A stretch of DNA of 64,000 nucleotides from NCBI GenBank assembly GCA_032128375.1, contig JAQBGU010000107.1, positions 1 to 64,000 on the forward strand, in the 5' to 3' direction. Below the pieces are notes generated by a model. That model made no database searches. It had not been told where the DNA came from and saw only the letters and a list, made by a program, of their open reading frames with translations. This document shows positions 30,137 to 39,717 of this stretch, piece after piece (the stretch's first letter is position 1; each line of letters begins with the position of its first letter). Source of the DNA: Deltaproteobacteria bacterium (GTDB lineage: Bacteria; Myxococcota_A; UBA9160; SMWR01). Made by a program: the position numbers and the translations under genes.

Positions 30137-30857
30137 GTTCGACGTCGGAAAGTGAGATCTCGGCGTGGGTCGTGCCGATCGTCACGTCGAGTTCGATCCC
30201 GTGCGCGAGCCATTCGCCATGGATCTCGCGGTAGTCGTCGAAGTGGGCGTGCCAGATCGCCTGCCCTGAAGGATCGAATCGCAGCGATTCGATCAAGTAC
30301 CCGTGCGGACCGAACGACACGCGCTGTTTCCTCACGCCGGCGCTGTCCGCCAAGTCGATCGAGGTCAGACCGCGTGGGTCACTCGCGACGCGCGTGGGTA
30401 CCCAACCCGGGTCCGGGACGGGAACACCGAGCAGGACCGAGATCGCTTCTTCCGCTGTCAGCGCGATCCGCGCTTCATCCCACAGCAAGTTGGGTCCAAG
30501 CTCGCCTGTTTCGTACGACTGATCTTGGGTTCGCAGGACTTCGAACCGATTCCCGTCGGTCACTACGACCGCCAACGCCTGGTTGAGAAAACCGAGGACC
30601 TCGACGCGCAGCCGGGCGGGACGCTGCACCACCAGAACCTGTCTACCCCGCACGGCGATGCTGCCATCCGCAGAATCGACAGCGATTCTGGCGCGGCCCC
30701 GCAAACCGGTGCGGGCGGCCGATCCAGCTACCCACTGGGCCAGCACCGCCAATGCTCTCGGATCGTCGGGTTCGAGCACCCGCTCGGGCAGGGTTCGGCA
30801 CGAAACCACAAGCAGACTCACGAACAACCCTGTGATGATCGCTCGCCTGGCCTGCAT
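30072..30857 (-). CDS. LolB-like / DUF4292 lipoprotein
   Basis: Lipobox LVVSC; P.RLRVEVLG; downstream of a TPR gene; GAGGAG RBS. Confidence 0.65.
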   Translation of the reverse strand: MQARRAIITGLFVSLLVVSCRTLPERVLEPDDPRALAVLAQWVAGSAARTGLRGRARIAVDSADGSIAVRGRQVLVVQRPARLRVEVLGFLNQALAVVVTDGNRFEVLRTQDQSYETGELGPNLLWDEARIALTAEEAISVLLGVPVPDPGWVPTRVASDPRGLTSIDLADSAGVRKQRVSFGPHGYLIESLRFDPSGQAIWHAHFDDYREIHGEWLAHGIELDVTIGTTHAEISLSDVELNPPVSADLFQLRPPESGPTR

Positions 30858-31091
30858 TTCTCCTCTTGGGTCGGCGAAGCCCCTGACAGGTCTTCGGTCG
30901 CGAGGCCATTCCGTTTCGAGCTGGGGTTTCATGCGAACCAGCGCCTTGAATGGCTCTGCCGAAATCTCCTCTGGAGGCCCCATGCGACGACTTTGCCTAT
31001 CGGGAGAAGGAGAAGCAAGGGCGCGGGAATCGGAAGCTCACCCAAGAGCGGCGGCGATCGTCGAGGCGTGGTGAGAAATACAGGATGTCGC

Positions 31092-32912
31092 CTACTCGAG
31101 CTCGCGTCTCAGGCCTTCGAGCTTTTTCATCAGATCCGGCTGCTCGCCTTCGCGCGGGACGAGTTCCACGGCCTGCTCGTAGTTCTCGAGTGCCTGCTCC
31201 TTTTCGTCGAGCAACAGGTACGCATCCCCGAGATGCTCGGACACGACTGGGTCACCACCCGTCAGTTCCTCGGCACGATGCAGTGTCTTCAAGGAGCGCT
31301 CGATATACTGCTTGGCCTCTTCTTCTCTTCCGGTCTCGATCAGCGGCAGCGCGCGCATGTAGTAGACCCAGCCGAGGCTATCGGTAATGAATCCATCGTC
31401 GGGCCGAAGCCCGAGTGCTTGCGTGATGTAGTCCTCGGCCCGGTCGAGTTCCTGGCCGCCTTCGGCCCACGTATAGCCGACATAGTTCAGCGCACTGGCA
31501 TTCTTCGGGTTGCGCTCGATTGCGCGCTGCATGTAGACAAGCGCCTCTTTGGTTCGTTTCGCTTCGCCGTAGACGACGCCCAGGTTATACAGGAGTTCGT
31601 CATCGTCGGGACTCTTCAGCAACAGCCCTTCGAGATATGCAACCGCACCGTCGAAGTCACCGGCCTTCGCGCGCAGTGTCGCGGAATACAATTCACGGGG
31701 CCGAGTCGGATTGACTGCAAGCGCGGTCTGCAGTTCTTCGAGCGCACGATCGAAATCTCGTGCTCGCTCGTAGAGAACCGCGAGCTGTGTGCGCGCTTCG
31801 GCATAGTGGTCACTCTCGGCTGGGACCATCGAGAACGCGTCGACCGCTGCTTCATCATCGCCGAGACGGCGTCGCACGATCCCGAGGAAGAACGTGACCT
31901 CTCCATTGCCCGGTCGTGAGGCCAGAAATCGTTCGAACTGCTCTGCGGCTTCCTCGAAGCGTTCCGCTTCGTAGTAGACGAAGCCCAAACGCTCGATCGC
32001 TCGCCAGGCGTCGGGATAGTGCTGCTGGATCTCCTTCAACGTATCGATGGCACCTTCCATGTCGTTGTCGCCGATCTGAACGTCGGCGAGCGCCATCAAG
32101 GTCGCTTGGTGATGCGGATGGTTTTCCAAGATCTCTCGAAAGATGGCCTGCTGCCCCTCGACATCGCCTTGTTCGCGCGCCAACCGCGCCAGTTGGGAGA
32201 AGATCCGCACGTTGGTCGGCTCGATCGCCAGAGCCGTGCGAAGCGCCTTCTCTGCCTCCTTTGTGCTTCCCATCCTTTCATGGGCGTTGGCGAGCATGCC
32301 ATAGGCGGCGGTGGAATCTTCATCGAGTTCGATCAGCCACTGGGCGATCTCGATCGCCTTCGACGAATCGTGTTCGAGGTGGATCTGGTAGAGCAACATT
32401 GCCGCTTGTTCGCTGCGCGGGTTCCCGTCAACGTCGAGCAGCACTGCTTCGGCTTCCGCGAACTGCCGCGCCAGCCGGTACAACTGGCCCAGAAACAGCC
32501 GCGTAAGATCGTCATCGGGCTCGAGCTCGAACGCGTGCTTTGCGTGCACGAGAGCCTGCGCCGGGTTTCCCTGGCGGATCAGCGAGTTTGCGAGCCGGCG
32601 ATGGATGAACGGCGAATCCGGGTCTTTTGCCAAAGCGCGCTGGAATGCGGCCGTCGCCTGTTCGAGTTCACCGTGGGATTCGTGCTGCAAGCCGACCAGA
32701 ACATCGTACTCGGGCGGTGCGTCCGGGCGCACTTCCACACCCAGCTCGCGCGACCCCGCCGTTTCGCTTTTCGGTGCCTCGAAACCCAGCGTCGCGCAGC
32801 CCGCGCTCGACATCGCACCCGCGACCACCGCGGCCATCTGTAGTTGACCAATCAGTTGGCGAATCAGGGGGCGAATCCCTGTACGAATCCCTGTTCGCAT
32901 CCCTTGGCTCAT
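31092..32912 (-). CDS. Tetratricopeptide-repeat lipoprotein
   Basis: Multiple TPRs; ALNYVGYTWAE, DSLGWVYY, EHLGDAY; lipobox SAGC. Confidence 0.9.
   Translation of the reverse strand: MSQGMRTGIRTGIRPLIRQLIGQLQMAAVVAGAMSSAGCATLGFEAPKSETAGSRELGVEVRPDAPPEYDVLVGLQHESHGELEQATAAFQRALAKDPDSPFIHRRLANSLIRQGNPAQALVHAKHAFELEPDDDLTRLFLGQLYRLARQFAEAEAVLLDVDGNPRSEQAAMLLYQIHLEHDSSKAIEIAQWLIELDEDSTAAYGMLANAHERMGSTKEAEKALRTALAIEPTNVRIFSQLARLAREQGDVEGQQAIFREILENHPHHQATLMALADVQIGDNDMEGAIDTLKEIQQHYPDAWRAIERLGFVYYEAERFEEAAEQFERFLASRPGNGEVTFFLGIVRRRLGDDEAAVDAFSMVPAESDHYAEARTQLAVLYERARDFDRALEELQTALAVNPTRPRELYSATLRAKAGDFDGAVAYLEGLLLKSPDDDELLYNLGVVYGEAKRTKEALVYMQRAIERNPKNASALNYVGYTWAEGGQELDRAEDYITQALGLRPDDGFITDSLGWVYYMRALPLIETGREEEAKQYIERSLKTLHRAEELTGGDPVVSEHLGDAYLLLDEKEQALENYEQAVELVPREGEQPDLMKKLEGLRRELE
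32848..32907. repeat. 12-bp degenerate tandem repeat x5 in the TPR gene 5' end
   Basis: ccaatcagttgg cgaatcaggggg cgaatccctgta cgaatccctgtt cgcatcccttgg; encodes MRTGIRTGIRPLIRQLIG. Confidence 0.8.
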
Positions 32913-32938
32913 ACCGACTCCTGCCAGATCCTATCGGC

Positions 32939-33562
32939 TCATTCAGCCGCTGGCCCCGACAAATATCCCTTCCCGGCCAGGTAGTCGATCACCTGTCCGA
33001 CGCTCTGCTCGATGCTCTGACCGCCCGTATCGACCACCAGTTCGGGTTTGTTGGGTGCTTCGTATGGCGCCGAGATCCCCGTGAACTCGGGGATCTCTCC
33101 CGCCCGCGCCTTCTTGTATAGGCCCTTTACGTCGCGCCCCTCACAGGTCTCGAGGCTCGCGTCGACAAATACTTCAACAAAATCGCCATGTGGCATTAGC
33201 TCGCGGACCGCGTCGCGATCGGCACGATACGGCGAAATAAATGACGTGAACACGATCACTCCCGCCTCGGTAAACAGCTTCGAAACCTCACCGATACGCC
33301 GGATATTCTCGGTGCGATCCTCTGGTGAAAAACCCAGATTGCTATTGAGTCCGTGTCTGACGTTGTCGCCGTCCAAGACGTAAGCGAGGTGACGGCGATG
33401 GGTCAGCTCCGCTTCGGCAGCGACGGCCAGCGTCGATTTTCCAGAGCCTGATAGGCCGGTCAACCAGACGGTGACACCGCGTTGGCCAACCACGCGCTCC
33501 CGGTCCTTTCGTTCGATCTGACCGGAATGCCAGGTAATGTTGTCGCTCTTAGGTTCAGCCAA
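32939..33562 (-). CDS. cysC: Adenylyl-sulfate kinase
   Basis: WLTGLSGSGKST, LDGDNVRHGL, ISPY, RDVKGLY, FTGISAPYE. Confidence 0.97.
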   Translation of the reverse strand: MAEPKSDNITWHSGQIERKDRERVVGQRGVTVWLTGLSGSGKSTLAVAAEAELTHRRHLAYVLDGDNVRHGLNSNLGFSPEDRTENIRRIGEVSKLFTEAGVIVFTSFISPYRADRDAVRELMPHGDFVEVFVDASLETCEGRDVKGLYKKARAGEIPEFTGISAPYEAPNKPELVVDTGGQSIEQSVGQVIDYLAGKGYLSGPAAE

Positions 33563-33633
33563 CGCAAAACTCCTTCGGTCTCGTGCTCTCGAGGGTCCGT
33601 CTCGAAACGGGTGCCAATATCCAGAACGTTGTA

Positions 33634-33708
33634 GTTCGTGTGATCAGTTCGTGATCAGATCGTCGATCCGTTCATCGATGGGCTCATCGATCGGTTCACC
33701 CCATCGAT
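33634..33708. repeat. Degenerate 11-12-bp GATC/ATCGAT-rich tandem repeat, intergenic
   Basis: gtgatcagttc gtgatcagatc gtcgatccgttc atcgatgggctc atcgatcggttc. Confidence 0.65.
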
Positions 33709-33714
33709 GTCGGC

Positions 33715-34917
33715 TCAATTCCGAACCGCACCGGGACCTGGGAAGGTAGCGGGGACGCGCGACTCGGGCTCGCCTCGAAGCCGACGAATCACCTCGATCA
33801 GCCGATCGGCGACCCAGCCAACCTGGTCGGCGTCGTTGCCTCTGCCCAGACCGAAGCGCAGCGTGCTGCGCGCCATTTCGTCGCTCAGGCCGAGCGCACG
33901 AAGCACATGGCTGGGTTCGGGACTCCCCGAGGAGCAGGCCGAGCCCGCCGAGAGCGCCACCTGTGGTAGAGCGGCAATCAGCTGATCGGCCGAGATCCCA
34001 GGAAATGAAACGCTGAGATTTCCAGGCAGTCTGCGCTCGAGATGCCCATTGGTGATGGGATTGCCGAGTGCATCTGACAACCGCACCCACAGCATCTGGC
34101 GTAGCTCGCGGAGGCGGCGGGCTTCGGCATCGCGCTCAGCAAGACAGATTTCGACGGCCTTCGCAAAGCCCACGATTAGCGCGACCGGCAGCGTCCCGGA
34201 GCGGCGTCCGGCCTCCTGGCCGCCTCCAAATACCAGTGGACGGATCCGGACTTTCGGTCGGCGCTTGGCGACATACAGCAAACCGATTCCCTTGGGCCCA
34301 TAGAGTTTGTGGGCGCACATCGACAACAGATCCAGATTGCAGTGCTGCACGTCGATTGGAACCTTTCCGACTGCCTGGGCCGCATCAGTGTGGAACAGCA
34401 CAGCGCGTTCGCGACAGATCCGACCGATTTCCGCCAGAGGCTGGAGGGTGCCCACTTCGCTGTTGGCGGCCATTACCGATACCCAAAGCGTCCGGTCCGT
34501 GATGGCGCGCTCGACGGCAGCGGGGTCAACCAGACCGGTGCGGTCGACCGGAAGAACCGTCAAATCGAAGCCCTCGGATTCTAGAGCGCGGCTGGTCTCG
34601 AGTACGGCGGGGTGCTCGATGGCTGTGGTGATGAGGTGATTTTTTTCGGGTGCGGCCCGGGCAGTCCCGAGCAGCGCGAGGTTGTCGCTCTCGGTTGTGC
34701 CACTGGTGAACACAAGTTCACTCGGGTCCCGCGCACCAATCGCGGCCGCGAGATTTTCCCTCGCCAGGGCAACCGCAGCCTCGGCACGCCAGCCGAACAA
34801 GTGACTGCTGCTCGACGCGTTGCCGAAATCGTCTGAGGCGTACGGAGACATCGCCTCGACGACGCGCGGATCGACCGGAGTGGTCGCGTGGTGGTCGAGA
34901 TAGATCGGCGCGCTCAC
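33715..34917 (-). CDS. iscS: Cysteine desulfurase (IscS/NifS group I)
   Basis: YLDHHATTP, TSGTTESDN, EHPAV, HTDAAQA, CAHKLYGPKG, RSGT, SAGSAC. Confidence 0.93.
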   Translation of the reverse strand: MSAPIYLDHHATTPVDPRVVEAMSPYASDDFGNASSSSHLFGWRAEAAVALARENLAAAIGARDPSELVFTSGTTESDNLALLGTARAAPEKNHLITTAIEHPAVLETSRALESEGFDLTVLPVDRTGLVDPAAVERAITDRTLWVSVMAANSEVGTLQPLAEIGRICRERAVLFHTDAAQAVGKVPIDVQHCNLDLLSMCAHKLYGPKGIGLLYVAKRRPKVRIRPLVFGGGQEAGRRSGTLPVALIVGFAKAVEICLAERDAEARRLRELRQMLWVRLSDALGNPITNGHLERRLPGNLSVSFPGISADQLIAALPQVALSAGSACSSGSPEPSHVLRALGLSDEMARSTLRFGLGRGNDADQVGWVADRLIEVIRRLRGEPESRVPATFPGPGAVRN

Positions 34918-35013
34918 GAACCTGGCGGGCTGCGGCCGTGGGTGCGTTGGAGGCGGTGCGACCCGCGGTAGCGCTCGCGGTGCGGCCCCCGACTCCTCTG
35001 GATTCGCTGCTCT

Positions 35014-35346
35014 CTAGGCAGCGAAGGATTCTCCACAACCACAGGTAGCGCTTGCATTTGGGTTGCCCATCTTGAACCCGGTCTCGTTTAGCGTATCCAC
35101 GAAATCGAGCTTGGTCCCCATCAGGTACAGCGCACTCTTCTCATCAATAATGACCCGAATCCCATGCGCTTGAATCTCGGAATCAATCTCTTTGAACTGG
35201 TCATCGAACGCGAGCTCGTAGCGAAGCCCCGAGCAACCTCCACCCACCACCTTCATCCGCAGGGCATGGGTGTCGAGCTTCCCGTCTTTTTCGAGCAGTT
35301 CGTGGATCCGCCGACCGGCGGCTTCTGTGACTTCAATGATCGACAT
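35014..35346 (-). CDS. iscA: Fe-S cluster A-type carrier (HesB/IscA)
   Basis: GGGCSG, LDF, NPNA..TCGCGESF. Confidence 0.95.
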   Translation of the reverse strand: MSIIEVTEAAGRRIHELLEKDGKLDTHALRMKVVGGGCSGLRYELAFDDQFKEIDSEIQAHGIRVIIDEKSALYLMGTKLDFVDTLNETGFKMGNPNASATCGCGESFAA

Positions 35347-35380
35347 ATACTCTTCCCGCCAGTTCGCCTTTCGGTTCAAG

Positions 35381-35435
35381 CCGTTGTTCGACTGCTGTTC
35401 GACTGTTGTTCGACTGCTGTTCGACTGCTGTTCGA
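35381..35435. repeat. 11-bp tandem repeat x5 (CTGYTGTTCGA) upstream of iscA
   Basis: ccgttgttcga ctgctgttcga ctgttgttcga ctgctgttcga ctgctgttcga. Confidence 0.95.
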
Positions 35436-35490
35436 CACAGGGAGAATAGGCACGAGTGCCTCTAAGTCAAATCGACGGGTGCTCTGCCGC

Positions 35491-36267
35491 TCATTCGCTT
35501 CGATCTGGCATACCCGCCGCCTCCTCTTCGGCCGGCCGAGGCAGGAACCTCACGAAGATCTCGCGGTTGCCTTTCGGCCCAGCCAAACGGCTGTCCGCGC
35601 TTGCGACCGGGTCCCAGCCGAGTTCGGTCCCGCAGACGGCGACACGGTCTGCGGCGGCCCCTCGCAACACGGGATCGCGAACGACGCCGCCCTTGCCGAC
35701 TTGCCCCTTGCCGACCTCGAATTGCGGCTTGACCATCACGAGCAGCTCGCAGCTCGGCAGTTCCCGAGCCAGCATCGGCAACAGCAAAAGCACTGAAATA
35801 AACGAAACATCGACGACCACCAGACTCGGTATTGCGTCCAGATCTGATGCCTTGAGGTAGCGAGCGTTGGTTCGCTCCATCACGCTCACGCGCGGGTCTT
35901 CACGAAGGCGCAAATCGAGCTGGCCCCAACCCACATCTACCGCGACAACGCGGCTGGCTCCCGCTTGGAGCAGGCAATCAGTAAAGCCTCCCGTCGAGGC
36001 GCCGAGATCGAGGCAAATTCGTCCCCGCGGATCGACACCCAGGTCCTCGAGCGCACCCGAGAGCTTCTCGCCACCGCGCGACACATAGCGGCGATCTTCT
36101 CCGCGGAGCCGGAGCTTTGCTTGATCCGCAACGCGTGTGCCCGGCTTGTCGATCGGCACGTCGTCGACCAGCACGCGACCGGCTCGAATCAGCGCCTGTG
36201 CGCGGGTGCGTGACTCTGCCAGCGCGTCGGCGACCACCCGCTCGTCCAGGCGCTGGCGCGCACTCAC
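35491..36267 (-). CDS. tlyA: TlyA family rRNA 2'-O-methyltransferase
   Basis: S4 domain, YVSRGGEKL, DLGASTGGFTD, DVSFIS, KPQFE, GPKGNRE. Confidence 0.95.
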   Translation of the reverse strand: MSARQRLDERVVADALAESRTRAQALIRAGRVLVDDVPIDKPGTRVADQAKLRLRGEDRRYVSRGGEKLSGALEDLGVDPRGRICLDLGASTGGFTDCLLQAGASRVVAVDVGWGQLDLRLREDPRVSVMERTNARYLKASDLDAIPSLVVVDVSFISVLLLLPMLARELPSCELLVMVKPQFEVGKGQVGKGGVVRDPVLRGAAADRVAVCGTELGWDPVASADSRLAGPKGNREIFVRFLPRPAEEEAAGMPDRSE

Positions 36268-38177
36268 TGGCTCGTCGGCAGCTTGCCGAGCAGACGCAGC
36301 AGGGCCTTGACGGCCTCGGCAATTCCGTCGCGATCGAGCCCGAACTCAGCGCGAATTTTCTGGGGGTCCCCGTGCTCGACGATCCGATCCCCAATCGCCA
36401 GACACCGAATCGGCACCTGCACGCCCGCCTCGGCCAATACCTCCAAAACGGCCGAGCCGAACCCGCCGATTCCAGAGTGCTCTTCTACGGTCACCAGCAC
36501 CGAGCAGCGTCTTGCGAGCGCCAGGATTCGGCTCTTGTCGACGGGTTTCGCAAAACGAGCGTTCAGCACGGCGATCGAGATGCCGTCTGCCGAGAGTTCT
36601 GCCGCAGCTTCCATCGCCTCGTGGGCCAACGTACCGAGCACGATGACGGCAGCATCGTCACCGTCGCGCATCAACTCGGCCTCGCCGATCGGGATGGGCT
36701 TGATGTCCGGGTCGAGCGGAACGCCGAGACCTGTGCCACGCGGGAAGCGCACTGCCGCCGGACCTGGGTATTCGACCGCCGTTCGGACCATGTGGCGCAG
36801 CTCGTTTTCGTCCTTCGGCGCCATGATCGTAATATTCGGAAGCGCGCGCAGGTAAGTCAGATCGTAGAAGCCCTGGTGGGTCGCTCCGTCTGCCCCGACG
36901 ATTCCAGCACGGTCGAGCGCCAGTGTCACATCCAGATTCTGAAGGCAGACGTCGTGCACAACCTGGTCGAACGCGCGCTGCAGGAATGTCGAGTAGATGG
37001 CCGCTACCGGTTTCATCCCCTCGGATGCGAGGCCCGCCGCGAAGGTGACCGCGTGCTGTTCGGCGATCCCAACATCGTAGAAGCGGTCCGGAAAAGCCCG
37101 GCTGAAACGATCGAGCCCGGTTCCGTCCGCCATCGCAGCGGTAATCGCCAGGATTCGTTCGTCGCTCTTCGCCAGCTCAATGAGTGCATCCGCAAATACA
37201 TCCTGGTACTTCGGCGGGCCCGGCTTGCTGGGGTAGAAGGCTCCTGATTCGATCTCGAATGCGCCTACGCCGTGATACTTGAACGGATCCTGTTCAGCGG
37301 GCTCGTAACCGCGGCCCTTCGACGTCAACGCGTGCACCAGAATCGGGCCCTCCCCGTTGGCGATCATCTGCTTGACGTTGGCGAAGGTCTCGAGCAGTAC
37401 GTCGACGCGATGGCCCTGGATCGGGCCGACGTACTTGAAATTCAGCGCTTCGAAGAGCATTCCCGGCAGGAAGAACACCTTCAGGGATTCTTCGACCTTC
37501 TGCGCCCAGTGCAGCATGTCACCCGGAAGCGTACTCAGGAATTCCCTGGCAAAACCCTTCACGCGTCGAACCATCGGTTTGGAAAGTTTCCGGGACAGAT
37601 AGGATGACATCGCGCCGACGTTCGGCGAGATCGACATCTCGTTGTCATTGAGAACCACAACGAGGTTCTTCTGTTGCAGATGGCCCGAATGGTTGAGCGC
37701 CTCGAACGCCATCCCCGCGGTCATCCCTCCGTCTCCGATGAACGCAATCGCGCAGCGATCGCCGTGGCCCTGGTGTTGCATCGCGCGCGCCATACCGAGT
37801 GCAGCCGAAATCGATGTCCCCGCGTGTCCAGCGCCAAACGAATCGAATTCCGACTCGGAGCGGCGCAAGAACTTCGCGATGCCACCCTCCATGCCGATCC
37901 GATCGAAACCCTCCCGCCGGCCCGTCAACATCTTGTGTGGATAGCCCTGGTGGCCCACGTCCAGCACGAGCCTGTCGCGGGGGGTATCGAAGACATAGTG
38001 GATCGCTGTCAGCAGTTCGACGGCCCCCAGACTCGATGCCAGGTGCCCCCCGGTGCGCGATACGCGCTGGATGATCTCGGAGCGAAGCTCTTCGGTCACC
38101 ATCACGACTTGTTCCCGTGTGAGCTTTCTCAAGTCCTCCGGTGACTCGATCTGATCCAGCCATCCCGCGCCGCTCAT
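36264..38177 (-). CDS. dxs: 1-deoxy-D-xylulose-5-phosphate synthase
   Basis: GGHLASSLG, DVGHQ.YPHK, GDG...LNDN, DVGIAEQH, YSTFLQR, DGATHQG. Confidence 0.98.
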   Translation of the reverse strand: MSGAGWLDQIESPEDLRKLTREQVVMVTEELRSEIIQRVSRTGGHLASSLGAVELLTAIHYVFDTPRDRLVLDVGHQGYPHKMLTGRREGFDRIGMEGGIAKFLRRSESEFDSFGAGHAGTSISAALGMARAMQHQGHGDRCAIAFIGDGGMTAGMAFEALNHSGHLQQKNLVVVLNDNEMSISPNVGAMSSYLSRKLSKPMVRRVKGFAREFLSTLPGDMLHWAQKVEESLKVFFLPGMLFEALNFKYVGPIQGHRVDVLLETFANVKQMIANGEGPILVHALTSKGRGYEPAEQDPFKYHGVGAFEIESGAFYPSKPGPPKYQDVFADALIELAKSDERILAITAAMADGTGLDRFSRAFPDRFYDVGIAEQHAVTFAAGLASEGMKPVAAIYSTFLQRAFDQVVHDVCLQNLDVTLALDRAGIVGADGATHQGFYDLTYLRALPNITIMAPKDENELRHMVRTAVEYPGPAAVRFPRGTGLGVPLDPDIKPIPIGEAELMRDGDDAAVIVLGTLAHEAMEAAAELSADGISIAVLNARFAKPVDKSRILALARRCSVLVTVEEHSGIGGFGSAVLEVLAEAGVQVPIRCLAIGDRIVEHGDPQKIRAEFGLDRDGIAEAVKALLRLLGKLPTSQ

Positions 38178-39016
38178 ATACTCCTCCGAACCGCGAACTG
38201 CACCAGCTGCCGCAATGGTTCCGCTTTGTCACCCAGACAATCGAGCTCACCAAGTGCCACCACCAACAGCTCTTCGGCGCGACGCCGTGACGCATCCAAC
38301 CCCAGTACCCGGACCAGTGAGCACGCATCGTCCTCGCCCTCATCGAGCACATCGTCGGCGATCTGAAACGCGACCCCGGCGGCGTAACCGCAGCGTTGGA
38401 ATCGCTCTACGGTGTCTCGATCGGCCCCTGCCAGCTGGGCGCCTCCCACGATGGATGCACAGATCAGCGCGCCGGACTTGCGGCCGTGAATCGATTCGAC
38501 AGCCGCGGCATCGACTCTTGTGAGGTCGAAGTCGAGGTCGTCCGCCTGGCCGCCGACCAACTGCAGCGAGCCGGCGGCCCGGGCGAGTTCGCGCATCGCG
38601 GCCAGCTTTTGTTCGGCAGACGCATCGCCATCACCGGCCGCGAGAACCTCGAAGGCTCTAGCCAACAGCGCGTCTCCCGCCAACACCGCGATCGCTTCGC
38701 CGAAAGCGACATGCACCGCTGGCACTCCTCGTCGCTCGTCGTCGTCATCCATGCAGGGGAGATCATCGTGGATCAGCGAATACGTGTGCACGAGTTCGAC
38801 CGCCACCGCCATCGGCAACGCTCGCTGCGGTGGCGCACCCACCGCTTCGGCTGCGGACATCGCGAGCACCGGCCGCAGCCGTTTGCCACCGGGAAACAAG
38901 ATGTGCCGCATCGCTGCGTGGAGTATTGCCGGGTCCTCGGACGCAGCGGGAATCGCAGCCTCGAGCAGCCGGTCGACCATCGGAATGCACTCACGGAAGT
39001 AGGCGTGGACGTCCAC
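38174..39016 (-). CDS. ispA: Farnesyl/geranylgeranyl diphosphate synthase
   Basis: GGKRLRP, SLIHDDLPCMDDDDERRG, GQ..D, FQIADDVLD. Confidence 0.95.
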   Translation of the reverse strand: MDVHAYFRECIPMVDRLLEAAIPAASEDPAILHAAMRHILFPGGKRLRPVLAMSAAEAVGAPPQRALPMAVAVELVHTYSLIHDDLPCMDDDDERRGVPAVHVAFGEAIAVLAGDALLARAFEVLAAGDGDASAEQKLAAMRELARAAGSLQLVGGQADDLDFDLTRVDAAAVESIHGRKSGALICASIVGGAQLAGADRDTVERFQRCGYAAGVAFQIADDVLDEGEDDACSLVRVLGLDASRRRAEELLVVALGELDCLGDKAEPLRQLVQFAVRRSI

Positions 39017-39348
39017 TAGTCCTCTTCCCCGGCTTCGGCGGCCTTGTCATTGTCAGCTGATAAGACGCCGTCAGCTGATAAAAAGGGACGAGCGATCCAT
39101 TTCTCGCCCTCGCGCACAAGGATTTCGATTCGGCGCTCGGCGTTCGCTAGCTCTCCTGCGCAACGTCGCGTGAGTTTCACTCCTTCCTCGAAGTCAGCGA
39201 GTGCAGACTCGAGTTCGACATCCCCCTCTTCCAGTCGATCGACGATCAACTCCAGCCGCGCAAGGGCCTGCTCGAAACTCGGCTCGCCCGCCGCGCCTTC
39301 TGCCGATCTGGACTGTTGCTTCGAACCCTCGGGATCGTCTTCGCTCAT
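39016..39348 (-). CDS. xseB: Exodeoxyribonuclease VII small subunit
   Basis: SFEQALARLE.IV..LE.G...LE.AL..FEEGVKL..C...L..AE. Confidence 0.93.
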   Translation of the reverse strand: MSEDDPEGSKQQSRSAEGAAGEPSFEQALARLELIVDRLEEGDVELESALADFEEGVKLTRRCAGELANAERRIEILVREGEKWIARPFLSADGVLSADNDKAAEAGEED

Positions 39349-39370
39349 ACCTTCGACCTGCGTGCCTTTT

Positions 39371-39466
39371 TTGACTGAATGTCTGACTGAATGTCTGACT
39401 GAATCTCTTGATGATGTCTCGCTGAATGCCTTGCTGAATGTGTTGCACGAACTCTCGCTGAAAACT
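39371..39466. repeat. 12-bp degenerate tandem repeat (about x8) upstream of xseB
   Basis: ttgactgaatgt ctgactgaatgt ctgactgaatct cttgatgatgtc tcgctgaatgcc ttgctgaatgtg ttgcacgaactc tcgctgaaaact. Confidence 0.8.
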
Positions 39467-39717
39467 TGTCCTACCGGCTGCTTTTCCGGCTGTTCTTCGA
39501 CTTCGGACGAGAAGAGCGGATCGCGCTGCGCGAGTGGAACCGCGCGGCTTGCGGCGTCGAGACGAGGAAAATTGACGATCCCACTTGCTGCTAGTTGCTG
39601 CCGGTTTCGCCCACGCCGCCAACGCGTCAATGCTTGTGCGGCATCTACTGACTGTGCGGCCATGCTACCCATGGCTCCGGCGAGCGTCAACGGAGACAAA
39701 CTTCGAACTGGCTGTTT

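Noticed and set aside
30303..31919. 538-aa plus-strand ORF and similar long antisense ORFs (e.g. 50633-52048, 36117-37247)
   Set aside because: Antisense shadows of well-supported genes, common in GC-rich DNA.
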